The notes: generated by a model from the sequence alone, not told the origin. A DNA stretch of 64,000 nucleotides from Lepidodermella squamata (GCA_047495785.1 JBLDXI010000046.1:1736001-1800000), one strand, 5' to 3'; counted from the stretch's first letter, positions 12,976 to 25,541 are shown. Translations and numbers: made by a program.

Positions 12976-15900
12976 ATAGGTATGTAAAAAAGGGTGTATA
13001 AAAATCTAGGTGTGTGTAAGAGTATTAGAATAAAAACGGTGAGTGTGCGCGATTAAGGCGGCTCCGGAATTACACGCGCGCTGTTTATCGGCTGTTGGCG
13101 ATGCGGTAGCGAGCAAGCGCCATCGTCACCGCCGTTGTCGCACCGTCTTCATCGCAGGTGCCTGCAATAAAAATCAGAAATTCTAATGAGGCGTCTCGGG
13201 CCGCGAAGACACGCCGACGAGCGCGACAACCGTTTGCCACCATCGCCAGCAACTGCGCGCGCGTGAGCCGCCAACAAAGGAATATGGAAATTTGGCTGCT
13301 CGAATGATAAAGCCGCCGGTGGATGGATGGCCTTCCCCAGCCACGGCGCGAGGTGGCAAGTGTGTGCGATGGCGCGCGTCGTTCGCCGAGTCGTCGCCGG
13401 CGTGACCGCGCTCGCTCATTGGCCGGCGGTTGTTTGCTCAGCCCAGTCGCAAGCACCGCCCCGTTTCAGTGTGTGCACTCTGCTGCGATACGCCACACTG
13501 GCCGCGAGCAGATAGCGAGGCTATATAATAACTGCCTATTAACGATGAGGAGTATAAGTCATTAGGCTGCGGCGGCAATCTGTGCCGGCGCGTTGACGGC
13601 CGACGTCGTGTTTGGCGGCGCCGATAATGACACCGATTTGCGGCGCTTCCTGGGGAATATCGGGCGGTTCCGCTCGGCCGGCGTCGCACGAGCGCGGCTA
13701 ATCAACGAGCCCCTGGTCGGCGGCGCGCATTCCGCATTCCGCCCCAGAGCCCAGAGATAGAGGCGTAGAACGAACAGCGTCGCGTTTTACGACCATCAAC
13801 CGTTTTACGGCCAATGCGCAAACAACTGGCATTCCGGTGCCGATGCCCGCATGCCCGCGTTCGGGCGCCGCGACGATCAGTATGCAGCAGGCGCCGAGCG
13901 AAATTAGCCCATCGGCTGCCTACGCGCATCGCTTATCGCGTGGCCGTGCGTGGTTTTTGCTGCTGGGAAAAAATGCCAGCACAGATTGACAAGTGGCCGT
14001 CGTCGCCGCTCCTCGACCGGCAGGTGCAGCAACTGCTATGGCGCATACCGCGCCGCTGTCGACCGCGCAGCCACTATTAGCCACCGCGCCGATGCCAGTG
14101 GTGGTGACTAACCACCGAGAACCGCCTCGGCCCGCCCAACCCGCACCTGGATGGATGGCGATGAAATAATGCAGTAATTTATCGGGCATGCAACCGCCTC
14201 GGATTAGCTCCGCATGTTTTTTGTTTTTCTTATTCTCTTGCTCCTTCCTCGTCGCGCGGATCAACATAAAAAAAATACCTGCCTACCCGTTCGTTGCTCA
14301 TACCTCATCCGGCGAAGAAATTCGTCTTTAGCACTTGATCTGTAGTCAATTGAGGGTGAAACGAGAAGAGACCTGTCATTAACGTATGACGCCGTTTTTA
14401 TTGCTGGGATAATAATAAAAAATGACTCTTGCAATTTGTCGCCACTATAAAGACGTCTCGCTGACGCAACGACTCGGCCTAACTTCGAACTTGACCTGGA
14501 ATAACCGGTAGCGGTAGCGAGAAATTGTTACAGCAGCATTTATATTTGTCTTTGATGAGTTTTTACGCGGCGAGTAAATTACCGAAGCTTGGCTCGTGGC
14601 TTCATTATTTCAAAATAAATCACGCTCTTAGCGTTTCGAACCACGACCTCGAAATGATGGGGAAAAAATGTCCAGTACGGCAGGCTGGTCGGCCAGGGTG
14701 TTTGACTAGTGAAACTAGTGAGGCGATGAAGACAAAAATAAATTGAAAGTTTCAATGAGTAAACCGGAACATATGGGCACAACTGCGCTGGATTGGATCT
14801 TAACAACTCGCTACCCGGCGTATGTCAAATCGAGTCGGTGTTGTCAGAAGTCTGAAGCGGCTCTTTTTTGGTGACTTTTTGACCAGTACCGGGTTCATTC
14901 ATCGATTTATTGAGACGCCGAAGAGTAAATTAGACATTATAAAAAAACGCAGCTTTTCAAAGTCAGTCAACGTTTAGATATTTGCACGTACAAATTTACC
15001 GGTCTGAAAGCTATAAATATTATATTATACAATTCAACGAAGTTGTTATTTTCTTAATTTGGTCTGCGTCGATCCAATCAGCGTCGATATCCTAAAATGT
15101 GGTAATTTATATTCTAATAAGTATTTCCTTATTATACGCCTACCATTTGATGGAAGTTTTGGTCAGCTATTTCGGCTAGAAAAAACAACTTGAAAAAAAA
15201 CCAAATTAAATTAAAAATAAGAAACCTACGTCAGTTTCTTCAGAACGATGACAGCGAAAGGCCATTATGAAAAATTTCACTGTTAGCCCATGACGTTACC
15301 TTTAGATAGCCCATGACCTGCTTCAGGCGGTCGTGAACATGCGCCGCCCTAATTTTACCGCGAATCGCGAATCGCGTTCGAAAAGAGTCAAAATTGCTGT
15401 GGTTGCACGGCTTATAGCTTGAAATGATAGGTATAAAAGTCAAGTCGTATTCACCGCCAGGAAAAGTTGGAACGTTTCAACGGTTTGGAATTTCTGAAAA
15501 GAATTAAGCAACTCGGATACGGCTCAGAATGCAGAAACACTTTTCCTGCACGAATGACCGCATGAATCGACGAGGTTCCGAGGGTTTTGTTATAGCAGTT
15601 GTATGCAGCAGTATTAGCCCCATGAATGGAGGATAAAGTCGCTTTTTTTTCTTCTCAGCAGAGCCAGACGCCATTCATAGATGGTGGTAGTGCCACGTGC
15701 TCGGGAAGATCGATGACATCAGCGGTGATGTAATCGCTTTGACGTGGTAAAATATCCGGCGATATTACCAGTGTCAACAATTGCTTTAGAAAAATATCAG
15801 AAGGGCGTGTTCTAGGAGACGGCACTCGATTCAGAATCGACAGTAACCTCAGAAAATGCCCCCTAACTTACTGGGGCATTTGGGGGGACAAGGCTACATA

Positions 15901-16100
15901 TGCCAAATCGTCTGAGTTAGTCTAAAAATTAGGATGCTCCTTATATTTTAAAATAATCTCATTGGTGTTCAGCGTATGTAGACTAATTGTTACCTTCATT
16001 GCACCTATAAGGTGATTTTCGCATGATATTAGCCGCCACGTCTAAGAATTTCTGGTTACAATATTATGAGAACAATTTAAATCTGTTTTTTAGCCGAATT

Positions 16101-16900
16101 ATGGATAATTATTACAACACAATAGTTTCGATTCAGCAGAAGAATGAATGGAAGAAGCTCCTCACATTCACTGCCTATTTTTGGATTGGCCGAATAGGTG
16201 AAAATTGGCCATGTTTAGCGTTGATCGTGAAGGAGAGTTTCTTAATCATTTCGACATAGCACTTATACCGCATGCTATGGCACTTTACTCGGTAATGCCT
16301 TAAAATAAATATTAAAATTAACTTTACGACAACTTATGACGGAACAGGTTTTAGACGGGAAGGTGACTTCCTTCCCTTTGACGACGATATTGATCTTTTG
16401 GTAACACGGGAGGACTTCGAGAAATTAGCGGAAATTTTCGAAAGTGGCCGAGTTTGGAGGAATAAACCAAATCGGCGGCTAATCGAGTTTGTTGCAGCCA
16501 ATGGTGATGTATGCCGCTGGGTAATGGCGAAGCACAACGGCCGATATTCACTGTTTCGAGATGAAAACCACAGGACGCAATGGCCTTTTGTTGAATTGTT
16601 CGTTTCTGAGGAAATTGAAGTAGGTTTCTAGTTTTTAATTTAATATCGTTGATTTCTAATTTTTTTGTTTTCTAGCCGGAAAAGCTGATCGATGATTCTA
16701 TAAAATTGAAGGCGTATAACGATGAAGTATTGGAGTATAAATTAATCAATTGCTGGGAAAATCACCTTGATTATTGGTACGGAGGAGATTGGAAGAAGGT
16801 GATCAAAATATCGCATGCTCACCGACCAGATCACAGTAAGAAGATCAAATCTTCGGTAAAAAGTGTATATAGCTTTCAGACGGGCGAATTATTACGCTAA
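16101..16900 (+). CDS. LicD/fukutin-related nucleotidyltransferase-fold protein; exons ~16101-16197, 16260-16291, 16348-16619, 16676-16900; apparent 1-nt deletion at T-run 16178-16182 (pseudogene or assembly error)
   Basis: Spliced frame gives YTACYGTLLGFRREGDFLPFDDDIDLLV, the LicD motif GTLLG..R.G.F.P.DDDID; later WPFVELF and YGGDWK are also family-like. Confidence 0.8.
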
Positions 16901-17536
16901 ATAAACGTTGAATGACTTTGAAAAGCTGCGTTCTTTTTTTAAATTCTGAACTTTACGAGGTGTGGTCACGAAAGTTATAGTCACAACCGGAGACGAAGCT
17001 GAAATGATAACTGATCAATTCGAATTTTCGGCTAGATTGTCGCGGCTGAAATGTTGCTCTTCATCTAATTTTGTGCTCCAATGTCGCAGGATGAATTTTC
17101 TTCTGGCTGAATTGAAGAGACTGCATTAGCATGAGTGCTACACAATCCTGCAAGAATCATCCTGCAGCTTCAGCCGGGTTGAAAATGATGCATTCCGTAT
17201 CCAAAAATGATTAAAACCTCGTAAAATTGGCAAAATTGGTATTTTACGTTCAATTTCCTATTCTCTGGACATTGCCTAAACCGGACTAGTTTGCCTGCGC
17301 GACCCGCGATTCCGGTTTAGTCAACTTTCACTGCATTTTTGAATCTTCTCAGTCTTATTTTCTGGGAGCTTTGAAGCCGCCGCGTCCTGGTACGTCTCGT
17401 GCATATCACATGAAAAATTTCCATGACTCTTTATTTCTTCAATCTTTAATAGAACATAGGTACTTTGAACATGTATAATTATAGTCGAAATAATTTAAGA
17501 ACATTCACGGAACAAAACAACTCGACTAGAAAGCAT

Positions 17537-18295
17537 TCAAGTGAGAAATTTGTGACACAGGTACTCAATCCGTTTGTCAAATGAAGTTGATCTGATCGGC
17601 GAATTTATAGCATAGAAAGGGTTGAGGGTGTGCTTCATGTAGCACTCGTAAACATCGGCGAAAAACCGACCGATGCCCTCTTCATTTTTGACATCGTGAA
17701 CCATAAGCATCCGCGCAGAGCCAGGAGTCACATAAGCAGAAACGGACCTTTGAAAAATGAAAAAAAATTAGAACTGAATACCGAACCGATAGATGTTGGT
17801 ATCGAATCGTATTGCATTATAGACCCGGTGTATTTAAACACAAAATTAGAACAATTAGAATTTTAAGATGGATTCTATCGATGGCATCGACCTAAAATTA
17901 TTTTTTAAAAGCAAAAAAAAAACATACCATTCGTTAAAACGGTCTATCACTCTGAGATAATTGTTAGTCGACTGCCACGCCATTTCATCAAGAATATCTA
18001 GCGCCGCATGAGCTATCAGCTGGTTAACATGCCGTCTATCATCTTTCGCCTTCTGCTGCATCTGCTGAGCAACAGCCTGGGCGGCCTGCATCGAATCTGT
18101 TGAACCAGGCGCAGGGGGAGCACCACTGAGCGATGGGATCGAAGAGAGCGACGAAGAGGACGCGTTATTCCCGGAACCAGCTGCACCTATCGTGCTGTTG
18201 CTGTATTTAGCCGGGACGACGTACTCCATTTCGTAGAGTGGCCAGTCGCCTCGTCCCAGTAGCATGAAATAATAAGTTCCAGGCGACGATGACAT
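17537..18295 (-). CDS. TRAPPC2: TRAPP complex subunit 2 (sedlin/Trs20); exons 18295-17928, 17747-17537
   Basis: [32 protein letters not shown]|[19 protein letters not shown] matches sedlin; AATAAA at 17435-17430 on the minus strand. Confidence 0.95.
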
Positions 18296-18479
18296 ATCAA
18301 ATTTTTAATGTTATTACGCCTACGATTTGCACAAAACACAAACTGTCGGTGTGGTGGACAATAGCATCTCTTTCTTTACTTCAATATGATTTTTTCAATC
18401 TTTCTTTATATCACCAAACAACCCTCCTCAGAAGAAGAAACAGGCATGATTTTTTTTTGATCAGCGACGACTACAGTTT

Positions 18480-19360
18480 TTAAACAGCAACTTGCACTGG
18501 TGGTTCGTAGTTGTCGGGCCTGTCGACACGCTCGCCGAGCACCGCCACGGGCTTGCCAGTCGGACCTCCGGTCTCCTGGTGCAACTCGAGCAGCTTGCCA
18601 ACTGAAAAATTGCGAAATTGAAAAATTAAGATGGGTGTTTTGAATTAAACTTTGGTAATGACTTACGATCGAACTTGGGCTTCTTGAGCACCTTGACCTT
18701 GCGGATGAACACGTCCTGGATCGGGTAGATGCCCGAGCACGAGCGCTGGATGTCGGAAGCGAAGTTGTCGGGGATCATCTTCTTGACCACCTCCTTGAGC
18801 TCGTTGTTGGTGACCTCCTTCGAGATGATCTGGACGATCTTTTTGCGGATGGCGCGCACCTGCGTCGACTTGGCGTACGCCTGTTTCTGGCTCGGGTTGC
18901 TCTCCTTCGTGAAGGCGATGCAGAAGAAGCGCAGGGTGTAGCCGTCGGTGGTGCGCACGTCGCAGTGCGACTCAATCAGGGTGCGCCACTTCTTGACGAT
19001 CGAGCACAGCTTGTCGCGGGTCAGGCTCATGCCGTGGAAGTTGGTCAGCAGCTGGTTGCCGTGCACCTCCTCGCACATCAGCTTGAACTTGCGGAAGTTG
19101 ACGTCCTCGGCGCTTCCGCCGGTCGTCAGCTTCGGCGACAGCTCGGACTGGTGAACCTCGAAGACACGGCCCTTGAGCGCGTCCGAGGCGATCCTCGTGC
19201 CCATCGTGCGGGTGCACAGGGTCTTGCCGACGTTGCGGTTCGAGAACACGGCCGGGGCCTTGATTTCGTACCAGTCCTTGCGTGAAAAGGGGTCGACGAT
19301 CTTTTTCTTAACGCCCTTCTTTCCTCCCTTAGAAAGGCGCTTGTTCTTGCCGACAGCCAT
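18480..19360 (-). CDS. RPS3A: 40S ribosomal protein S3a (eS1); exons 19360-18667, 18601-18480
   Basis: [31 protein letters not shown]...[27 protein letters not shown]; strongly GC3-biased codons typical of high expression. Confidence 0.98.
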
Positions 19361-19452
19361 TTTCAATACCTTAAACCCTACTTGAAGAACCAGAAATTAT
19401 TGAAAATCAAGATGTTATTATTAACGAAACAAATCGCGAACATTCAAGTGGT

Positions 19453-19462
19453 AAAAAGAAAG
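19453..19462 (-). promoter_or_regulatory. Candidate TCT initiator / 5'TOP pyrimidine tract of RPS3A
   Basis: CTTTCTTTTT on the minus strand ~95 nt upstream of the RPS3A ATG, matching YYCTTTYY; followed by a possible ~60-nt 5'UTR intron. Confidence 0.5.
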
Positions 19463-19598
19463 TTTAGAGCAATCAAAATTGCAGCATCCAAAGAATAATA
19501 CGAGTCGATGACCGAATTAGTACACATTTAGAGATGGAGAATGCGAACTCGTCGCGTAATACAAAATAAAATGAGAAAAGGAGGACGAGCGCGAGTTT

Positions 19599-20900
19599 TC
19601 ACCATAGTTCACCATCGCGCTCACGGGCCGGAACTTCGATGACACGGGGCTTGTCAATGATTCGGCAAGAACCACGCACGGTCTGATTCTGAGCTTTCTC
19701 AACAATGCCAACAATCCACGCTTGGTAACCCTCAGTTTTCTCAATATCTTTACAAAACGAAGCAGCCTAAATGAATACATTTTTGAATCAATTTGAATAG
19801 CATATCCACAGCAAACTCATACCTGCTCACGTGGAAGAACAATTAGAAGACCACCGCTAGTTTCCGGAGCGGTTCCACCGAGTAGATTGAAAACTTGTGG
19901 TTGAATTTGCTTAAGGACACCAGCCATTCGAGCGATGATTGGCAAATTGTGAATAACAAAAGCGACTTCATTTCGCTGCGCTTTGGCCAGATTGCATGCA
20001 TGACCGAAGAGACCATAACCGGCAACATCGATGGCGGCGTGCGCGTTGTACTTGTGCATTAGACGAGCTGCAGTTCGGTTCAACCGAGCCATAGAGTCGA
20101 TTGCACGATAGTAGGCTTTTCTGGCTTCTTCCTCGCTAATGGCTTGCTTTAATTTAGCCCATTTCTCGGAGCCGCTAGTTAACCACTGATAAACGCTAAC
20201 TGCAACCTGAGTACCCAAAGGCTTCGTTAGAACAAGGACATCTCCCGGTAGCGCTGAATTAGGCATAACGAATTCGTTTGGTAAGCAAACTGACGTTGCT
20301 ACTCCGCCAATGCTGAGCCATGGATTAAGAACTGTTTGCCCTCCAGTAACTGCAGTGCCGGCTTCAGCTGCACAGTCGCGAAATCCAGACATGACGTTGC
20401 TAGCAACCTACATAAAAACAGAGACAATTTAAAACACACAGATCCAAGATTAACCAGAAGCCAACCTTTTCGCGATCTTTTTCCGGTAATTTTGTACTCA
20501 ATGTAAATAGCATCAGCATGTTGTCACAGTCGACGATACCCATTGCATAGAGCTTGCTTAGCACATTAGCGCAACCGATACGGCCCATTGTGTATGCGTC
20601 ATCGACAAGCGGATAGGAGAAATCAGCGGACTGAATCATTGAAAGACCTCCATGCTTGAGTGGAGTCACCGATGTTTCAGCAGCGCCTTGATTCAGTTGC
20701 ATGAGCATGTGCATAGGTAATTGATCTTCACCAGGCCTGCTGTGCTGACCCATTTGACCTGTCGATGTGTCGAAGAGTTTTTGCATCAACTCCTGAGGCA
20801 CTTTGCAGCCACATCCTCTCAATTCACTATACTTTGTCAGACGAAGATTTTCGTCTACATAAGCATCATTCACAGGAATCGCTCTTCGAACTGGAATCAT
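19599..20900 (-). CDS. SEPHS: Selenophosphate synthetase (SelD/SPS family) with Cys at the Sec-homologous site; exons 20900-20466, 20407-19823, 19766-19599
   Basis: [57 protein letters not shown]-terminus [17 protein letters not shown]. Confidence 0.95.
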
Positions 20901-23900
20901 TGTTATGTTAAAAAAGAGCTATATAGGTTGAAAAAAATATCAAATAATTACAGCGGTTGAAAACTTCGTCAAATATCCCCATATATTCAAACTGGTCGAA
21001 ATAAGAATAGCATATAACAGGAAGCCAGGTGGTAAAGCTAATAAGCGCAGGCCATTTGAACTGCATAGATGATGGAGCTGGACCCACTGCGTAAAATATA
21101 CTTACATACCGCCAGCATTCATCGAAGCAAGCGTCGGTCGGCTTGCCGCGCACGGCGCGCTTCAATTTTTCATGAACGTAATTAACAAAAATTATCAGAT
21201 ATATTTTATTTGAACAATTTTTTGTATTTTAATTAGTATAAAAGGTGTCCAAGATTTTGTTTCTCTCTTGTCCCCGTGCGCTGTTGTCTTTCTGTGTTCC
21301 GTTCTGGCCTGTGTGCTCCGCCGTCGACATGCGTCGTTGATGTCGCTGATGTCCCGTTGTAGGGTCTCTGGTCTATTGTAGGCTTCAAGCTTGCTAGTTA
21401 ATTCTTAGCGACCCCTTTTCTGCCCAGTTTTTTCGTCCTTTTATGTCTCTTGCTCTCGCTCCTCGCAGCATTTTTTATGGGCCTTGGGTCGCGACGAGTT
21501 GCTTCCGTCATAAGAATTCTACTCGTTGGAGGTTGCCAGGACCCAGCAACCCTTAGTTCTTAGCTTGGGTCACTCGTCACCTGTTGGTCTATTCATATAG
21601 AGTCGATATGCAGTCAGCTTTATCGTTAATCATTAATTACTCTTTGAGCGTTGTCATGTCCTTACTGAAGTGCGAGGTTGGCAAACGATTGAGGGATGAC
21701 CAACCTAGTCAAGTGCAGAAAGCTGTTGAAAGCGTTTGCAGATTTACTTGATATCAGCTGCGAAGCTAACGTAACGCTGCTCACATGATTGTTCCTTGCT
21801 ATTAGTTCATCAAAATGTGAATGTCACTGCTTATATTACCTTTAAAATTAAAAAAATGATGCAAAAGCTTCATCCCACTCTCAGAGGTATAGACTGATTG
21901 GTAAAAGCCAGAGCTGAAGTCGGAATTATCATGACTTCAGCAATTCTCTAAACTGCGAAAAATCGGCCCTTAACATCATTATTCTCATGTTGGGAATTAT
22001 ATTTCCGTTAGTACTTTTCATGCTAGTGCTCCTTATTGCCCATATCATTCCAGAAATTGCAGTAGGCCTCCATCTTTTTTGTAGAGTATCCGTTCGGTGT
22101 TTGGAACAAGTATTTTTGATTGCTTCCTTAACATCTAAAATCCACTTTGATATATTGTTTCGATGTTCACCCGTGTTGTGTTGTGTGATTTCCACTTCCC
22201 TATCAAACAGTTTTCAGTCTGAGAGTTAATGATTCCTCAAACGGCGCGCATATTAGATTTAAGGGATTTGATGGATAAATCACAATAAGGCCGTAATATA
22301 TTTTCCCATTAATGGTTTTCCAATTTGAGCCTGAATGCCCATGTTAAACATCGGAACCGCGGTGAGTCGGGTTATAAACCTTAACCTGAAGTCCATGTAT
22401 ATTGCATGTATACCACTGATGATTTGACCCAGAAATCCATCCAACCATTCGAATTATGACTTATCGCTTCGTTAAAAATAATCACGTGCTTTTGTTATTG
22501 TTATTGCACGGGCTCAAAACCAATGTGTTTTATGTTTCGGCGCTATTAGCTTTTAGCACTTGTGTTGTTATAGTTTTTACTTGAGCCTATCACTGCTTAG
22601 TTGTGCGCTTTCTGAGTTATTTTTCCGAGCTGAGCCTGGGTTTCAGGTAAGCAATTCAGCAAATGGTATAACCATTCTTTGCTCATTTATTACGCGCCCC
22701 ATTAACTAGGCAACGCGGCGGGCTGTTTTACTGCAATGCTAAACTGGCAAGTTGGAGCGGCCAGAATGTGTGATCATAGTGTCATAAACAGGGTTAGAGT
22801 ATTCAGGCGGAGAGAGCGATGGGTTATTTCCTCATTTAGCAACGTGCATTCTTGGCCAACTCGGCCGCGTGCGAATCATCACATTTATTTCACAATTATT
22901 ATTATTATTATTATTACCAGTAGGTAGGCCAGCTCCGTGCAATCTCATGATATAAAAACGCGTTGTGTTTACTCTACACACAGCTGCGTGCATCAATTTT
23001 GGCTCAGTGCGACTCACGTGTATACTCATGAGCTTGTATATGCCTCAAGTACACGCATATGTATACCTTTAGCTGCTTGGAGCTAATTTTTTGCAGTAAC
23101 GTATTACTACGGCTCGTGGTCTCCCACAACTTACGATGATATCTTCTGCGCTTTTCTTGCACAATATTTGTTTGCCTTGACTCGGCGTACTTGTTCCTTC
23201 AGCGATAATCTATTAGACGTACCAAAGTTGTTTGGCACGATGCTATTTTTGTGCCCCAGTTTGTCTCAATATCGTTTTCCCTGGTGATCTGTGTTGTTTT
23301 GTCTTTTATCAAAGACGGTAATGAAGAAGTCGATGTCGCCCGTCTCTATTTGCTGTTGTTGGGCAATAATGGCGATGATGATCTTTTTTCTCTCAATTTT
23401 CCTCACTTGCTTATCGATCGGTCTAATTGTTTTTGCGTATATGGCGACGTCGGATATGTGCATGTATTGCGCTTAGGACGCACAGCTGCACGCGCGCTCT
23501 CCTCCGCTCGATACCGCCGCGAATGAGTATAATAAGTGCATAAAGTTTCGGCGGTCGATCGATCGATCGATCGGTTCTTTCATACTCCGTTGTCACACAC
23601 ACACACAAACTCATATGAACTGCTAAGTCTGCGCGCGCGCTCGGATTCCGCCCGTCTATCGTTTTTTCTCTGTCGATGCCATGCCACTGTGTTTCGCCTT
23701 CGAACATTATTATTATTACTCTGGTATGGCAGAGGAAGAAAAATGTATGTTTGCGCTCTCGCGGCGTCGTATGTCATCTTGTACTTTCACTTAAACAGAA
23801 AAAGTAGCATATATGCGGTAGTAGTCTGCGCCTCCATCGTCTCCGCTAGCACAACAGAATTTATACGTCTACTATTACAACATAGCCCGTCACTTGATTA

Positions 23901-24378
23901 GAGAGCAGCTCTGCGTCAAATAATAATAATAATAACAGCAGCAGCAGCAGCGAAATATCGTCTATATCGACAAATTCTGGTTGTCTGGTTCGCAGCCAGC
24001 GCCTTGTTCTTTTCGCATTATTTGCCGTTCAAATTGAGCATTATCCGCCTCATCAAAGCTGTGACACATCATTGTCATCGTCGTCGTCGTCATTAAGGCG
24101 GCGGCGCCTTGTTATTTTTGTTGTTTTGTTTGCTCGATTTTTGTGCAGCCAAATTTTCATGTTGTTCCTTCCATCGATTTTAGGCCAATGTTACCTCGAA
24201 ATTATTGAGCAAGGCGTGAGGAGCAGCAGCGACATAAAGCCGCCGCGCCACTACCCGCCCATATCCATCATCATCTACCACAGTCGAATCGAAGGAGGAA
24301 AACTGCTGTAGACCACACTCGCCCGTTTTACTTCTACTAATATTATTATCTTATTATTATTATTTTCGTCGATTAAAA

Positions 24379-25541
24379 ATGGCAACGACGTCGTCTTCGA
24401 ATGCGAAAATCCCGCCCGACAAGATCAACGTGCGAGTGATCGTGATAACCGGTCAGACGGTCGATTTGCTGTGTGTGCCCGATGAATCAGCTCAATCCAT
24501 CGTCGATCGGCTCTACGAGTCGTGGCCCGCGAACTGGGACGCGGCTCACAAACCTGCAACTAACATTTTACGGCTCATTTATCAAGGACGATTCCTTCAC
24601 GGCAGCGTCACGCTTTCAGGTAAAAGACAAACCCTTCGCCCCCTCGCGCCATCTTCTTATCGATTTTACGATCTCAGATTACTTGACCTCTTAACCAGGT
24701 TCACACGATGATTCATTTGTTTTGAATTTTTTCATCCCCTCACAGGTCTCAATCTCCCTCTCGGTAAAACAGTTGTGATGCATGTGGTGCCACGAGAGCA
24801 ATTACCAGAACCAGGCAGCCAAGGTCAGTTGCTTTTCATCCTCACCTATAACTGTTGAACTGGAAAAAAGCGAATGATGAAAATCCTATATAGGGATATA
24901 ATTTAGGAATTTATTCTTGAGGAAAAAACGTTACAGGGCTGTTGTTTATTTTCAGCCCTGGTTTAGTTAGGAAGATTATCAAACCGGACATTTTTACTTG
25001 TAAATCGCCGGCTAAAAGGGTCCTAATTACCGGGTGTAGCAATCAGCGAAATTTCGTCGGCTTCAAAATGAAGAAATAGAGTCGTTGTCAATAACCACTC
25101 GGTCTGATAAACTGTTCAATTAGGTTGTTCCTAATGAAAAATCGATTTTTTTGAGTAAAATTAGCTAATAGGGTTCTCAAAATTAACGGTTTAGTTGTGG
25201 ATAGGCTCAAACACACAAAAATGCTTGAAGACCCCCGAATAGCGCTGATTTTCTAAACAATTTCCAGCAATTATTTCATCTATTTCGACCAATTTTAGGG
25301 GATGGATTTTGATAGTCTGTGAATATCCGAATTTCAATATTTGAGGCGGGTTTGGAAACTTGACTGATCGTTTAGAGGCTCCTTTAGCTTGCGCGAAACT
25401 TGATTTTTAGCTGTTTATCAATATACCTAATGATGGACGCATTTTATTCATAATATTTCGTTTCTCTTTTTTTTAGATAAGCTGAAAAAAGACAAAGAAG
25501 CAAGTACAAGTCGAGAGTGCAGGTGCTGCACAATATTGTGA
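24379..25541 (+). CDS. UBL3: Ubiquitin-like protein 3 (membrane-anchored ubiquitin fold, CAAX); exons 24379-24619, 24746-24823, 25477-25541
   Basis: PPDKINVRVI..ILRLIYQGRFLHGSVTL.GLNLPLGKTVVMHVVPREQLPEP; spliced C-terminus CRCCTIL* prenylation motif. Confidence 0.95.

Noticed and set aside
19460-19598. SECIS element downstream of SPS
   Set aside because: No RUGA/GA quartet with apical AA seen, and the gene has Cys rather than in-frame UGA.
21929-22455. Possible small spliced gene or transposase remnant on the minus strand
   Set aside because: Could not build a consistent exon chain or recognise any motif.
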